A DNA stretch of 64,000 nucleotides from Sphyrna mokarran (Eukaryota): positions 372,001-436,000 of the forward strand of contig JAGIQG010000048.1 of assembly GCA_024679065.1 (NCBI GenBank), given 5' to 3'. The translations under genes and the position numbers were made by a program. Every line of letters begins with the position of its first letter. Positions within the stretch are counted from its first letter, which is position 1. The notes under the pieces are model-generated. The model made no database searches. It saw only the letters and a list, made by a program, of their open reading frames with translations, and was not told the DNA's origin. Of this stretch, positions 11,561-24,276 are shown piece after piece.

Positions 11561-14492
11561 TGGAGTTGAGGAATAGGAAGGGAGAGGTTACGATGTTGGG
11601 TGTGTACTACAGACCGCCCAACAGCCCGCGGGCCGTGGAAAAAGGGATATGCAGGGACATTTTAGGTAAGTGTAGGAAGAATAGGGTAGTTGTAGTGGGA
11701 GATTTCAATTTCCCTGGGGTAGATTGGAAGGTGCCGAGAGCGGAAGGTGCGGACGGGGAGGAATTTGTACAGTGTGTTTTAGAAGGGTCCTTGGAGCAGT
11801 ATGTGGATAGCCCGACGAGAGAAGGGGCTGTACAGGATCTGGTTCTGGGGAATGAGCCAGGGCAGGTGGTTGACGTTGCAGTAGGAGAGCATGTGTCTAA
11901 TAGTGACCACAACTCTGTCTGCTTTAGGGTATTAATGGAAAAAGATGAAGCCTGCCCTAAGGAGAGGGTGTTAAACTGGGGGAGGGCTAGATATAGCCAG
12001 ATTAGGCAGGATCTTAAGGATACCGACTGGGATAAGCTGTTCGAGGGTAGGTCGACGCTGTACATGTGGGAGTCTTTCAAGGGAAAACTAAAATCTTTGC
12101 AGGAAAGACACGTGCCGGTAAGGAGGAAGGATGGGAAAGGTAGGATTAGAGAACTGTGGGTTACTAGGGATATCGAGGACTTGGTCAGGAAGAAGCGGGA
12201 GGCGTACGTTAGATCCAGGCAACTGAGGACAGAGACAGCGCTGGAAGAATATAGAGAGTGTAGACGGGATCTTAAAAGGGGTGTGAGAAAGGCAAAATGG
12301 GGCCACGAGATGGGTTTGGCAGGTAGGATTAAGGAAAATCCTAAGGCATTTTACTCCTATGTAAGGAGCAAAAGGATGGTTAGAGGGAAGATTGGACTTC
12401 TCAGGGACAGAGGAGGGGATCTATGCTTCGAGCCTGAGGGAATGGGGGAGATCTTGAATGAATACTTTGCATCGGTATTCACGCAGGAGAGGGGCCTGAT
12501 GTCGGGTGCCGGCTTTGAGGAATTTGAGGACCCGTTAAAGGAAATAACCATTACGAGGGAAGAGGTGTTGGGGCTTTTAGGTAGCATAAAGACTTATAAA
12601 GCTCCGGGGCCTGATGGTTTTTATCCCAGGCTGTTAAGGGCGGTGAGAGATGACATTGCTGATCCTCTGACGCAAATCTTTCTCTCATCTTTGGACACAG
12701 GTGAGGTCCCAGAGGATTGGAGGATAGCAAATGTAGTACCGTTGTTTAAAAAGGGTCAGAGGGATAACCCAGGAAACTATAGGCCGGTGAGCTTGACTTC
12801 AGTTATAGGTAAGCTAATGGAGAGGATTCTCAGGGACAGGATGTATGAGCATCTGGAGCGCTGCGATCTGATCAGGGATACGCAGCATGGCTTCGTTAAG
12901 GAGAGGTCGTGCCTTACGAATCTAGTGGAATTTTTTGAAGAGGTGACAAAAACGGTTGATGAAGGACAAACCGTGGATGTCGTCTACATGGATTTCAGTA
13001 AGGCGTTTGACAATGTTCCTCATGGTAGGCTGATAGAAAAGGTGAAGGCGCATGGGATACAGGGCCAGGTATGTAGATGGGTTGAGAACTGGCTTGGGAG
13101 GAGGAGACGGTGGGTAGTAGTGGAAGGCTCTTTTTCCAACTGGAGGTGTGTGCCTAGTGGTGTGCCACAGGGCTCAGTATTAGGGCCTCTTCTATTTGTG
13201 ATTTATATAAATGACTTGGTAGAGGGGGTAGGTGGTGTGATCAGCAAATTTGCTGATGACACTAAGATGCTTGGATTGGCAGGAACTGAGGAGCAGTGCC
13301 AGGCAATACAACAGGACATCGATTGGCTGGTAGATTGGGCAGATAGATGGCAAATGGAATTTAATCCGGATAAATGCGAGGTGATGCATTTTGGCCGGAA
13401 TAATGTAAAGGGGAGTTATAGGATAAAAGGTAAAACTATCCGGAGTATAGAGACGCAGAGAGACCTGGCGGTGCAGGTTCACAAGTCTCTGAAGGTGTCA
13501 GTACAGGTGGAGAATGTGATAAAGAAAGCGTATGGTATGTTAGCCTTCATAGGAAGGGGTATAGAATACAAGAGTAGGAGTCTGATTTTGCAAGTGTATA
13601 GAACGTTGGTTAGGCCTCACTTGGAATACTGCGTCCAGTTCTGGTCGCCGTACTACCAGAAGGATGTGGAGGCCTTGGAGAGAGTGCAGAGGAGATTTAC
13701 CAGGATGCTGCCTGGTATGGAAAGGCTGTCTTACGAGGAAAGATTGAACGCACTGGGGTTGTTTTCCCTTGAAAGACGTCGGCTGAGAGGGGATCTATTA
13801 AAGGTATATAAGATTATGAGGGGTATAGATAGAGTAAATGGTGGTAAGCTTTTTCCACCATTAGAAATGGATAGAACGAGGGGTCATGGCCTTAGGGTGA
13901 GGGGGGCTATGTATAAGACGAATATTAGAGGGCAGTTTTTCCACACAAAGGGTAGTGGGGGTGTGGAATGCACTGCCGAGTAAGGTGGTGGGAGCAGGCA
14001 CGCTAGGGTTGTTTAAGGGTCTCTTGGACAGCCACATGAGCGGTCTGCAGATAGAGGGATATAGTAGGACTGTTTAAATATCCTGTTTGTTTCCACAGGA
14101 TGTTCGGTCCACCTTGTTGACCAACAAGGTGCATGTATTTGGCAGGTCGTGCGAGGGCAGCTCTTGGATGTTACTTCAGGAGTGGCCTAGTGCTTCACAT
14201 CGTCAGTGTATGCTTAAACTGGACCATCTGATGGCAACATGACAGCTCAGAGACTATTGCTGTGCAGACACATAGATTTGCGCCTGTGTCTGCGGGAGTT
14301 TGCGCGTTCTCCCCGTGGGTGCGTGGGTTTTCTCCGGGTGCTCCGGTTTCCTCCCACATCCCAAAGATGTGCTCTTAGGCTGATTGGGTAACAAATTGGT
14401 CTCTATATGTCATTAAGACGTTAGGACGGCGTCGCGGGCTCGTTGGGCCGAAGGGCCTGTTTCCGGGGCTGTGTTGTTCTTTGTTCTTTGTT
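11561..14492 (+). mobile_element. 5'-truncated young CR1 LINE with near-complete ORF2 and an unusually long 3' region
   Basis: Contains the 805-aa ORF; ends in gggccgaagggcctgt...(tgttctt)n at ~14490. Confidence 0.9.
11566..13983 (+). CDS. CR1 ORF2: partial AP endonuclease plus reverse transcriptase (frameshift near the C-terminus)
   Basis: GVYYRPP, GDFN and SDH (endonuclease); [26 protein letters not shown] and FADD (RT). Confidence 0.92.
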   Translation: MRNRKGEVTMLGVYYRPPNSPRAVEKGICRDILGKCRKNRVVVVGDFNFPGVDWKVPRAEGADGEEFVQCVLEGSLEQYVDSPTREGAVQDLVLGNEPGQVVDVAVGEHVSNSDHNSVCFRVLMEKDEACPKERVLNWGRARYSQIRQDLKDTDWDKLFEGRSTLYMWESFKGKLKSLQERHVPVRRKDGKGRIRELWVTRDIEDLVRKKREAYVRSRQLRTETALEEYRECRRDLKRGVRKAKWGHEMGLAGRIKENPKAFYSYVRSKRMVRGKIGLLRDRGGDLCFEPEGMGEILNEYFASVFTQERGLMSGAGFEEFEDPLKEITITREEVLGLLGSIKTYKAPGPDGFYPRLLRAVRDDIADPLTQIFLSSLDTGEVPEDWRIANVVPLFKKGQRDNPGNYRPVSLTSVIGKLMERILRDRMYEHLERCDLIRDTQHGFVKERSCLTNLVEFFEEVTKTVDEGQTVDVVYMDFSKAFDNVPHGRLIEKVKAHGIQGQVCRWVENWLGRRRRWVVVEGSFSNWRCVPSGVPQGSVLGPLLFVIYINDLVEGVGGVISKFADDTKMLGLAGTEEQCQAIQQDIDWLVDWADRWQMEFNPDKCEVMHFGRNNVKGSYRIKGKTIRSIETQRDLAVQVHKSLKVSVQVENVIKKAYGMLAFIGRGIEYKSRSLILQVYRTLVRPHLEYCVQFWSPYYQKDVEALERVQRRFTRMLPGMERLSYEERLNALGLFSLERRRLRGDLLKVYKIMRGIDRVNGGKLFPPLEMDRTRGHGLRVRGAMYKTNIRGQFFHTKGSGGVECTAE

Positions 14493-14619
14493 ACCGAAAC
14501 ACTTGTAATGCAAAAATTTTGTTTCAGTTTAGTACACACACACATAAATGTTTTGATGCAGTAGGAATTGAGACGCAGTCAGATTGAAGTTTTGAAACTT
14601 ATTTATCAGTGTCATTAGG

Positions 14620-14886
14620 CCGAAATTAACACTGTAATTAAGTTACTGTAAAAATCCCCTACTCGTCTGTTGGGGTAGAATTTAGGGGAGAGTGTAGCAT
14701 GGCCGAAATTCACCTAAACAGCACGTCCTTCGGACTGTGGGAGGAAACTGGGGGACGGGGATAGAACCAGCAGCCACAGGGAGAACAGGCAGACCCCACA
14801 CAGACAGTCACCATAGCTGGGAAGTGAAGCCAGGTCCCTGGTGATGTCAAACAGCAGTGATAATCATTGTGCCAACGTGCCACCCA
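14620..14886 (-). mobile_element. V-SINE (HE1-like) with tRNA-derived head (mirror ~60818-61080 plus)
   Basis: gggtggcacgttggcacaatgattatcactgctg head and V-domain. Confidence 0.75.
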
Positions 14887-15011
14887 TATTAACTGAAATA
14901 TAGTTCAGCACAGTTATAACTCAGAAAGTACCGTCTAAATAGGGTCCTGGTCTCATCTAGGAACAACTGATATTGAGCCGAGTACAGAGCTAAAGGAGAA
15001 CTACAAGTGCT

Positions 15012-15460
15012 TTGGTCCACCTTGTTATCTAACGAGGGACATACACGTGATGGGTCGTGAGAGGGCTGCTCTTGGAGTTTTTTAGAGAGTATCCTAGTGC
15101 TTCACGTCGTTAGTGTATGCTTGACCAGGACCATTTGATGGGCAACACGACAGCTCAGTGACTATCGCTGTGCTGTGCAGATACATGGATTTGGGCCTGT
15201 GTCTGTGGGAATTTGCGCATTCTCCCCGTGCTTGCGTGGGTTTTTCTCCGGGTGCTCCGGTTTCCTCCCACATCCCAAAGATGTGCTCTTAGGCTAATTG
15301 GCAAAACAAATTCTCCCTAAATTGTCTCAAATTTGGTTTTTAATCCATAGATCTATAAACATAGACAGGGATCACGGGTAGAGGTGGGAACATAGGGGTG
15401 GTGGCGCAGGCTCGTTGGGCCGAAGGGCCTGTTTCCCGTGCTGTTTTGTTCTTTGTTCTT
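15012..15460 (+). mobile_element. Structured-leader + V-SINE-body retroelement (same module as the CR1 3' region 14100-14490)
   Basis: Colinear with 14104-14380; V-domain; (tgttctt)n tail. Confidence 0.8.
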
Positions 15461-16552
15461 TGAGATGGAACATGTTGCAGTGTGATCGAGACATGGCCTA
15501 TTGCAATGCAAACAGAGATGGGAGCTAATTGAATATAAGCAGAGATATGACACGTTCAAAGTTACTTTACAACATTTCCGTAAAGAAACATTTGTTTTTC
15601 ACTTTGAGAATGTGGTGATGAGCCCTCTCCTCGAACTATTTAATTCCAAACAGAGTAAAGACACACACAGTGCTGATAGAAAGGGAGTTAGAAGATTTTC
15701 ATCCATTGACACTGATGGCGTGTAGGTTTTATGGACACTTGCAAGCAATTGGACTCTCGGGCATCTGCTGCCCGTGTGTTTTGAAGTGTCAGAGTTAATG
15801 TGTTTGGAAGGTGCTGTGGGAGGATTATGTTGCTGGTATACAAGTTCTCTATATTTCAGACCACTGGAATTGTGAAGCAGGCAGTGAATGCTTAATGTGA
15901 TGTGTGGGGCCTCCATTGAAGCACCAGGGTGGTATGGAGATATTTGGGTGCTGCTTCAGGGTCACGTGTCAGACAAGTTGGAGAATATTCAATCACACTT
16001 CTCCATTTGCTGAGTTCCCATATCACTAAGAACGGGGAGTTTTATTTGAGACCCATGCTGCGGTTAATTGTTTAAATGTTCCAGCGCCCACTCAGGGCTG
16101 CATGCGACAGAACTGCAAAGTTAGGTCTGACCCGGATCAGGGTGATTGTGTGCTGTATAAATTGACATGTACTGGTGCAATACAAGTTTTATCAGAGAGA
16201 GAGAGGGGGGGAGGCTAATTCAAAATGAACAGATACAAGGTCCAGTGTATTGCAGTAATCCATGTTTCAAGGTAATGTAACCCATCCATATCTTATTTCC
16301 ATCTGCTGGCAAAACATTGTCGTTATGGCTACTGAGAAAATATGGCTGTCATGTATGATCTATGATATTAGTGTACCAAGAATTCACATCCATCAATGTA
16401 ACACCACATCCCTTTCTGGGATGTGCCAAAATTTAAGGTGCGACCCCTTGTACACATCCCTTGCTGGATTATGAAGGTTAGATGGCAGGAAATAATGGGG
16501 CCTCCATGATTTACAATATTCATTAAGGGCTTAGATAATGGGGACAAAAAGA

Positions 16553-17138
16553 TGAACATAGAACATTACAGCGCAGAACAGGCCCTTCGGCCTTCGATGT
16601 TGCGCCGACCAATTAGGAAAAAGCAATGACCCTCTCACCTAACCATTCCATTTTCATCCATAAACTTATCCATTGACCACTTAAACGCCACCAAACTTGG
16701 CGCATCTACAACTGCAGCAGTTACCCTCTGGGTAAAGAACCTACCTCTGACATCCGTCGTATAACTACCACCCCTTAATTTAAAGCAATGTCCCCTCGTG
16801 CTAGCTTTCTCCATCCTAGGAAAAAGGCTATCACTGTCCACCCTATCTAAACCTCTAATCATCTTATATGTTTCGATTAGGTCCCTTCTTAGCCGCCTCC
16901 GTTCTAATGAAAACAACCTCAAATCCCTCAGCCTCTCTTCATAAGACCTGCCCTCCATACCAGGCAACATCCTGGTAAACCTCATCTGTACCCTCTCCAA
17001 TGCCTCCACATCTTTCTTATAATGTGGGGACCAGAACTGCACACAATACTCCAAGTGCGGCCGCACTAGAGTTTTGTACAGTTGCAACATGACGTTGTAG
17101 CTCTGAAATTCAATCCCCCTACCAATAAAAGCTAAGAC
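16553..17138 (-). mobile_element. CR1 3' fragment nested in an older plus-strand CR1 (~16470-16550 and ~17140-17850)
   Basis: ORF 16635-17090 [21 protein letters not shown]. Confidence 0.9.
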
Positions 17139-18065
17139 ATTTAGCTAAGCTAAATGGGAGGTCAAAATATAATTTTTGGAAGACACAAAGTTAAATTTAA
17201 CGAATGCCAAAGAAGATTTGGGATTGGGCGCATGGTTTCTTAAAATGTCACGATCTGCCGCACAAAATAGTCATGAAGCCCAACGGAAGGCTGACCTTCA
17301 TTTCCAAAGGACTGGGGTATACGGATACAGATGTTGCACTGCAATAGTGCAAAATCCTTGTTTGACCCCAATTTTAGAGTACTGGGAGCAAGTGTGGGGA
17401 ACACACGTTTGGAGAGATTTCGGCTCTGGACGGAGTTCAATGTAAGTTGCCAGGAGAGATCAGGGAATTTAAGACTTTTCCTCTCGAATTCAGAAGGTTG
17501 AGGGCCGTTCCGATAGAAATTTCTGAAATACTCCCGGGTGAGGACTGTTTCCATTAGTTGGAGTTTCGAGAAGAAAGTGCCACATTTTGTAAAATAGGAA
17601 AGACCTTTCAGGAGATAGAAAGCATTTCTACACGCAGAGAGAGAGAGATGAATGTTTGGAACTCTCTTCTGCAATTGCGGATGGTGCTGGTTCAATTGTT
17701 AGATTTAAGTTTGAGATTAACAGGTGTATCAACAGATATGGGCCTCGGGAAGTTACATGGATTCGAGCACAAATCAGCCATGATCTTATTGAATGGTGCG
17801 GGGTGGGGAGAGTTCAGGAGCTGAGTGGTCTATTCCTGTGGCTATATTCCCATGTTGCCAGATCAGCATCAGATCAAAATGGCCCAGTCCGTGGGAATGT
17901 ATTTTTGTTCATTTTGGTGAAAAAGGAGGGATGTTGCCCTGGGAGCTGTTGGAGACCATGGGACCTTCAACATCCAGCTCAGCAAACATGGCCTTGTGGA
18001 AATATAGATTAGTTTGTCATTCTATTTGAATTTAGTTGGGTCTCTGGAAGCCAAGATGTAGTTTT

Positions 18066-18301
18066 NNNNNNNNNNNNNNNNNNNNNNNNNNNNNNNNNNN
18101 NNNNNNNNNNNNNNNNNNNNNNNNNNNNNNNNNNNNNNNNNNNNNNNNNNNNNNNNNNNNNNNNNNNNNNNNNNNNNNNNNNNNNNNNNNNNNNNNNNNN
18201 NNNNNNNNNNNNNNNNNNNNNNNNNNNNNNNNNNNNNNNNNNNNNNNNNNNNNNNNNNNNNNNNNNNNNNNNNNNNNNNNNNNNNNNNNNNNNNNNNNNN
18301 N
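18066..18301. other. Assembly gap (further gaps at 22175-22321 and 22400-22541)
   Basis: N runs. Confidence 1.
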
Positions 18302-18926
18302 GAACAATTTGTCGGAAAGAATGACAACGATACAATATTTGTGTGTGCGTCTTTATGCATTGCCTGAAAAACATGTTATATTGTTTCCGAATCAATGTCC
18401 CAATGATAAGCAGCATCCTCCCATTTACAATACAAGTTCGAATCACAGGAACCACATTCATTTTAACTTGGTGTGTTTTTTCTTCATATTTCACTTTTGT
18501 TGATGACTGAGGAGGACAATTTCGGAGAGATTGAGTCAATTGCAAGTGTTGCCCATGAAGTTATCAGTTGGGTTGTAAATTGTCCTTTTCTATATCAGCA
18601 ATGATACCAAGGATGTTTTGGGTGGAGCGCGCTTAGTTCCCCCAAATGTTGTAGTCTCTGATGTTAGTGTCGAATGTCTGACTGAGATTCACGAATGTAT
18701 GGGTGTGATATGTATATCTTCCAACACAAACACAACGCTGTGCTTCAGGTTCTTCAGGCAGATGAGGAACAACATTGGCATCCTATCAAAGACCTTTCCC
18801 GTGATGCTATGATTGAGATATATCTATAGATGTTGCCGTTTCCTCTGGCGGTCTTGTCTTCAGATAGTGTGATGTGTCTGAATCATGAATCTCCTGTAGA
18901 ATGGAACTTGTCTTCTGGCAGAGAAA

Positions 18927-19727
18927 GCGAAGGTCATAAATGTTCAGAAAGTTGGTATTTATTTCCATCAATTGCCATCCATTCTCAAAGATGCACAATT
19001 TTAGTTATCATCCATTCATAAACATTGATATATTGACATTTTAATGGAAGGGATATGGGTGTTTCCGGCCACGTCAGTATTTGTTGCCTATCCCTAATTG
19101 TGTTTAGTAAGCTGGTGGTAAGCTGCCTTCTTGAGTTGCTGCTGATCCTGCGGTGTAGGCACCCATACCGTCCTGTTAAGAGGGAGTTCTAGGATTTGAT
19201 CCAAAGACAATGAAGGAAGGATGATATAGTTCCACATCAGGTATATAACTGACTGGGAGGGGAATTTATAGGTGATATTCCCTAGTAACTGTGACCATGT
19301 TCCTTCTAGATGGTAACTGTCACGTGGTTGGAAGGTGCTGCCTGAGGAATCTTGATGAGGTTCAGAAGTGAAACTTGTAGATAACGATTCTCTCTCTGGT
19401 GGAGGGAGAGAACATTTGCAAATGTTATACCGGTTGCTTTGTCCTGAATGGAATGAAGATTTTTGAATGTTGTTCGAACTGCACTTACTCAAACAAGCGG
19501 AAAGAACCATTTGAGTCTCCTGATATGTGTCATGTAGGTGGTGCAGAGATTTGAGGAGTCAGGAGGTGAGTTACCCACAGCATGTTGACCTGATATTGCA
19601 GCCGGAGTATTCACATACCGAACTAATGCCAGCCAATGGTATCCCAGCGATGTTTGTAGTCTGTGATTCAGTGTCACAATATCATTATATGACAAAGAGT
19701 AGACTTTTCATTTTTTGCAGATGGTCA
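18927..19727. repeat. Inverted duplicate of 59897-60694 (contains a decayed LINE 3' part); 14490-15010 likewise mirrors 60693-61214
   Basis: Mirror ORFs 19489-19695- / 59928-60134+ are almost identical; ends checked by eye. Confidence 0.9.
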
Positions 19728-20374
19728 CGGGTAAATAGGTTTCTGATAGACAAGGGAATTACGGGGAGAAAGCGGGAAAGTGGAACTGATCCACTTCAGA
19801 TCAGCCATGATCTTATTGAATGGTGGGACAGGCTCGAGGGGCTGGATGGCCGACTCCTGCTCCTGTTTCTGATGTTCTTGTGGGTTTCCCCCATCACAGT
19901 GTGTTTATCTTGGTTCCTGTACAAAACTTCAAGCAAGTCAATCACTCTCAGTGAGAAGGGCTCTGTGTTATTCATCCCGATGAACAGCGAGGGCAGAAAC
20001 AGGAAAAGGCTGGGAATGAGCATGGGCTGGGCAAAATGAGTTCCAGAACAGACAATCTCCATGTCAAAGTGGGAAAATAATGACCCCACCGTTTCAAAAA
20101 CCTCACTGCACCCCCCCCCCAACCCCATTCACCCTCCCTCCCCTAACCCTCCATCTCTCCAATTGATTGATAAATGTACACTATTGAATCTATTGATGGT
20201 GAACGAAGAAGTGGAATCGAGATTGGTGTTGGTCTAGGGACAGGGGAGGGTGGAGTAGTCGGGGAGAGGTGGGACAGGGAGGGAGGGAGGCCTTGTTGGT
20301 GGGTGGGGGGGGGCGTGGAGGGGGGAGTGCAGAGGGCATGAGAAATTGCGATGGATGCTGAGATGAAAAATGTC

Positions 20375-23186
20375 CAGGCGCTGCTGTTCGTGGGTCTCAG
20401 AGAAGGTCAGTCACTCGCTGGGAACATCTGCAAAACCTGGGGCTAAAATGGGAATATTGAACGATATTGTCCGGGATTGGAGTTTCCAGGAGGAGGAGGA
20501 GGAATTCGCCCTTTGTTTTATAACCAGACACCGCACACAAACCGTGTTCTTCATTCCCCACAGGGGGATATTGTCTGGAGATTGCAGTTGGGATTATTTC
20601 AGACTGCAAATTGTACATTCCATGCAGTTCTCAAATGTTCATCAGCTTCAGAATATTAGTGGGGAAACTTTTCTGTCCTCTGTACTTCGTTTGTCAGACG
20701 TTTTCAAGGACTTCTCTTACAAGGGCATAAAAGCAGAGACATTTACAAGGGACACACAAACACACACACACACATATATACACATCACACACACACACAT
20801 ATATAAACACACACACCACACACACACACATAGGTACACACTACACACACATACACACTCACTCACTCAGGTCCTGGAGCATTGAGTTAGCGGACACACA
20901 CACACACAGGTACAGGGGTATACAGAGCTGCAGGGGGCATATACTGATTCAGGGCTACATGTCAATGCAGGGGCAGACAAAGATTCAGGCGAGCACACAC
21001 ACAGATACTGGAAATTACAAAGTTAGAAGGGCACACACAGAATCAGGGGTATACAAACAGTGAAACTGGGGCGTACACGGATACAAAGGTACACAGAATC
21101 AGGGGTATACAAACAGTGAAACTGGAGCAAACACAGATACAAAGGTACACAGAATCAACACAATTAATTTAAGGTGTTTGCAGAAGTTGGCTCTGCTCGT
21201 TCACATTCTCTTTACCCCTAATTGACAATTCAGAGGAGCCAGTGCCTGTGGGATCCAGCCCCTGGTTGTATGTCTGCTGTGTTTCATTCACGTGATATGG
21301 CTGACTGCTCCATTCCCTGTCTATACCTGTCTCTCCTTGCTTCTGTGTATCAGCCTCAGTCTATTTCACTCTCTCTGTGCCTAGATCTCCTTTCCCAATT
21401 TTCCTCTTATTTCCCTCTAAGCTCTCACTGTCTGTGTAACCAAGGTTCACTGGATTGATTACTGTGCGAGGCAGTTACCCTCGGAAAAGGGATTTAATGC
21501 CATGACACGGTTCTCTCTGGGGTTTGGAATAATGAGATGGGATCTCATTGAAAAGTCTGGAACTACGAGGGAGAGTTTGGCAGTGTACAAGCTGAGAGAT
21601 TGTATATGCTCCTGATTCTGTGTGTACCTTGTATCTGTGTATGCCCCAGTTTCACTGTTTGTATACCCCTGATTCTGTGTACCTTTGTATCTGTGTACAC
21701 TCCAGTTTCACTGTTTGTATACCCCTGATTCTGTGTACCTTTGTATCTGTGTATGCTCCAGTTTCACTGTTTGTATACCCCTGATTCTGTGTACCTTTGT
21801 ATCTGTGTATGCCCCAGTTTCACTGTTTGTATACCCCGATTCTGTGCCAGTTTCACTGTTTGTATACCCCTGATTCTGTGTGTGCCCTTCTAAATTTCTA
21901 ATTTCCAGTATCTGTGTGTGTGCTCGCCTGAATCTTTGTGTGCCCCTGCATTGACATGTAGCCCTGAATCAGTATATGCCCCCTGTAGCTCTGTATACCC
22001 CTGTACCTGTGTGTGTGTGTGTGTGTGTGCTTATGTATTTGTGTGTGTCCGCTAACTCTGAGTGCTCCAGAACCTGTGTGTGCCGAACTGTAAGTGTGTG
22101 TGTGTTTATATGTATGTGTATCTGTGTCTGTGTGTGTGTGAGAGAGTGAGTGTCTATATGTGTGTGTAGTGTGTNNNNNNNNNNNNNNNNNNNNNNNNNN
22201 NNNNNNNNNNNNNNNNNNNNNNNNNNNNNNNNNNNNNNNNNNNNNNNNNNNNNNNNNNNNNNNNNNNNNNNNNNNNNNNNNNNNNNNNNNNNNNNNNNNN
22301 NNNNNNNNNNNNNNNNNNNNNTGTTTATGTGTGTTCTTGTGTGTGTGGGTGTGGGGTGTGGGTGTGTGTTTATGTTGTGTGTGGGGTGTGTTTATGTGTN
22401 NNNNNNNNNNNNNNNNNNNNNNNNNNNNNNNNNNNNNNNNNNNNNNNNNNNNNNNNNNNNNNNNNNNNNNNNNNNNNNNNNNNNNNNNNNNNNNNNNNNN
22501 NNNNNNNNNNNNNNNNNNNNNNNNNNNNNNNNNNNNNNNNNTGTGTGTTGGTGTGTGTTTATATGTGTGTGGGTGTGTGTGTGGGTGTGTGTTTATATGT
22601 GTGTGGTGTGTGTGTGGGTGTGTGTTTATATGTTGTGGGTGTGTGGGTGTGTGTTATATGTGGGGTTTGTGTGTGTGTGTGTTATATGTGTGTGTGTGGT
22701 GTGTTTATATGTGTGTGTGTGTGTGTTGTGTGTTATGTGTGTGATGTGTGTTATATGTGTGTTTGTGTGTCCCTTGTAAATGTCTCTGCTTTTGTGTGTG
22801 TTTGTGTGTCCCTTGTAAATGTCTCTGCTTTTGTGCCCTTGTAAGAGAAGTCCTTGAAAACGTCTGACAAACGAAGTACAGAGGACTGAAAAGTTTCCCC
22901 ACTAATATTCTGAAGCTGATAAACATTTGAGAACTGCATGGAATGTACAATTTGCAGTCTGAAATAATCCCAACTGCAATCTCCAGACAATATCCCCCTG
23001 TGGGGAATGAAGAACACGGTTTGTGTGCGGTGTCTGGTTATAAAACAAAGGGCGAATTCCTCCTCCTCCTCCTGGAAACTCCAATCCCGGACAATATCGT
23101 TCAATATTCCCATTTTAGCCCCAGGTTTTGCAGATGTTCCCAGCGAGTGACTGACCTTCTCTGAGACCAACGAACAGCAGCGCCTG
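20375..23186. repeat. Palindrome: arms ~20375-21157 and ~21612-23186 with CA/TG tracts and a minisatellite
   Basis: Mirror ORFs 20397-20618- / 22943-23164+ are identical. Confidence 0.9.
21612..21880. repeat. 56-bp minisatellite, ~5 units (about 2 inverted units at 21040-21157)
   Basis: ctgattctgtgtacctttgtatctgtgtatgc.ccagtttcactgtttgtataccc recurs at 21669, 21725 and 21781. Confidence 0.9.
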
Positions 23187-23218
23187 CAGTTACAGTGGGC
23201 CGCCACCAGATGGTGGTG
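23185..23218 (+). promoter_or_regulatory. Candidate CTCF site with upstream motif
   Basis: TGCAGTTAC-6 nt-CCGCCACCAGATGGTGGTG. Confidence 0.55.
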
Positions 23219-23701
23219 CTGTACCAGTCTAATCACAAGATAGTGAAGCAGGTTGGAGGAGAGATTTGGGGGAAATTTTATTTCCCTCTTTCCCCAGAAA
23301 GCAAACAATTAGTAAAGCAACTGCATTAATCTCTCTGTCAGTAATATTCACAGGGAAAATGTACTTGCATTCATATTCCTCTTCCCACCAGTAAATATGT
23401 CGATTGCCAACTAATTATTTTATAAGCTTACCTTGTATTGTTTGAAAGATTTCTCTATTTTCTCATCCAGATTTATTAAATAATTGTTCAGTATAATGGG
23501 ACACAAATCTCGTTTACGCTGAATTTTCCATTTTTTTTTTAAACCCACATCTTTTTCCTTAGTCCCTTCAGAAATCCAGCTGAACCCAGTCTCTCTGTTA
23601 TGTTCTCTGTACATTTAAATACAGCTCCTTCTTATAATTTGTGACTTCAGCGCATTTCCAGCCCCTAACTCACTCTGATCTATAAAACACACACTGCAAA
23701 T

Positions 23702-24038
23702 TGCTTGACCTGGACCGTTTGATGGGCAACACGACAGCTCAGTGACTATCGCTGTGCTGTGCAGATACATGGATTTGGGCCCTGTGTCTGTGGGAGTTTG
23801 CACATTCTTCCTGTGCTTGCGTGGGTTTTCTCCGGGTGCTCTGGTTTCCTCCCACATCCCAAAGATGTGCTGTTAGGCTAATTGGCAAAACAAATTCTCC
23901 CTAAATTGTCTCAAATTTGGTTTTTAATCCATAGATCTATAACATAGACAGGGATCACGGGTAGAGGTGGGAACATCGGGGTGGCGGCGCGGGCTCGTTG
24001 GGCCGAAGGGCCTGTTTCCCGTGCTGTTTTGTTTGTTC
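23702..24038 (+). mobile_element. 5'-truncated structured-leader/V-SINE element
   Basis: Near-identical to 15118-15450. Confidence 0.85.
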
Positions 24039-24276
24039 TAATACTTTGACAGAGAGACTTGCCTCTGGTGGAAATAGATCTGAGATGAAAATAATGAAAT
24101 ATAAAATCAAGCAAATTAGGTTAAACATCCAACATATTGGAAATACTGGGACATCCCATCCTATCAGAAATATTGGGTTCACACTAAGTGACATGAATTG
24201 ATGTGATCACAGATATAGAATTGGAATCCACCATCACACCGAGTGAATCCGCTGGCTGGTTAAATAGAACAACCAC

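Noticed and set aside
15011-15130. Y RNA-like ends (TGGTCC...CTTGACCAG)
   Set aside because: The paralogue at 14106 lacks the 3' match, and GGTCC pairs better with GGACC in both copies.
21612-21880. CRISPR-like periodicity
   Set aside because: Head-to-tail 56-bp units with no unique spacers, in vertebrate DNA.
22150-22844. Cys/Val-rich ORFs (also near 31-32 kb and 41-42 kb)
   Set aside because: Translations of TG microsatellite and N gaps.
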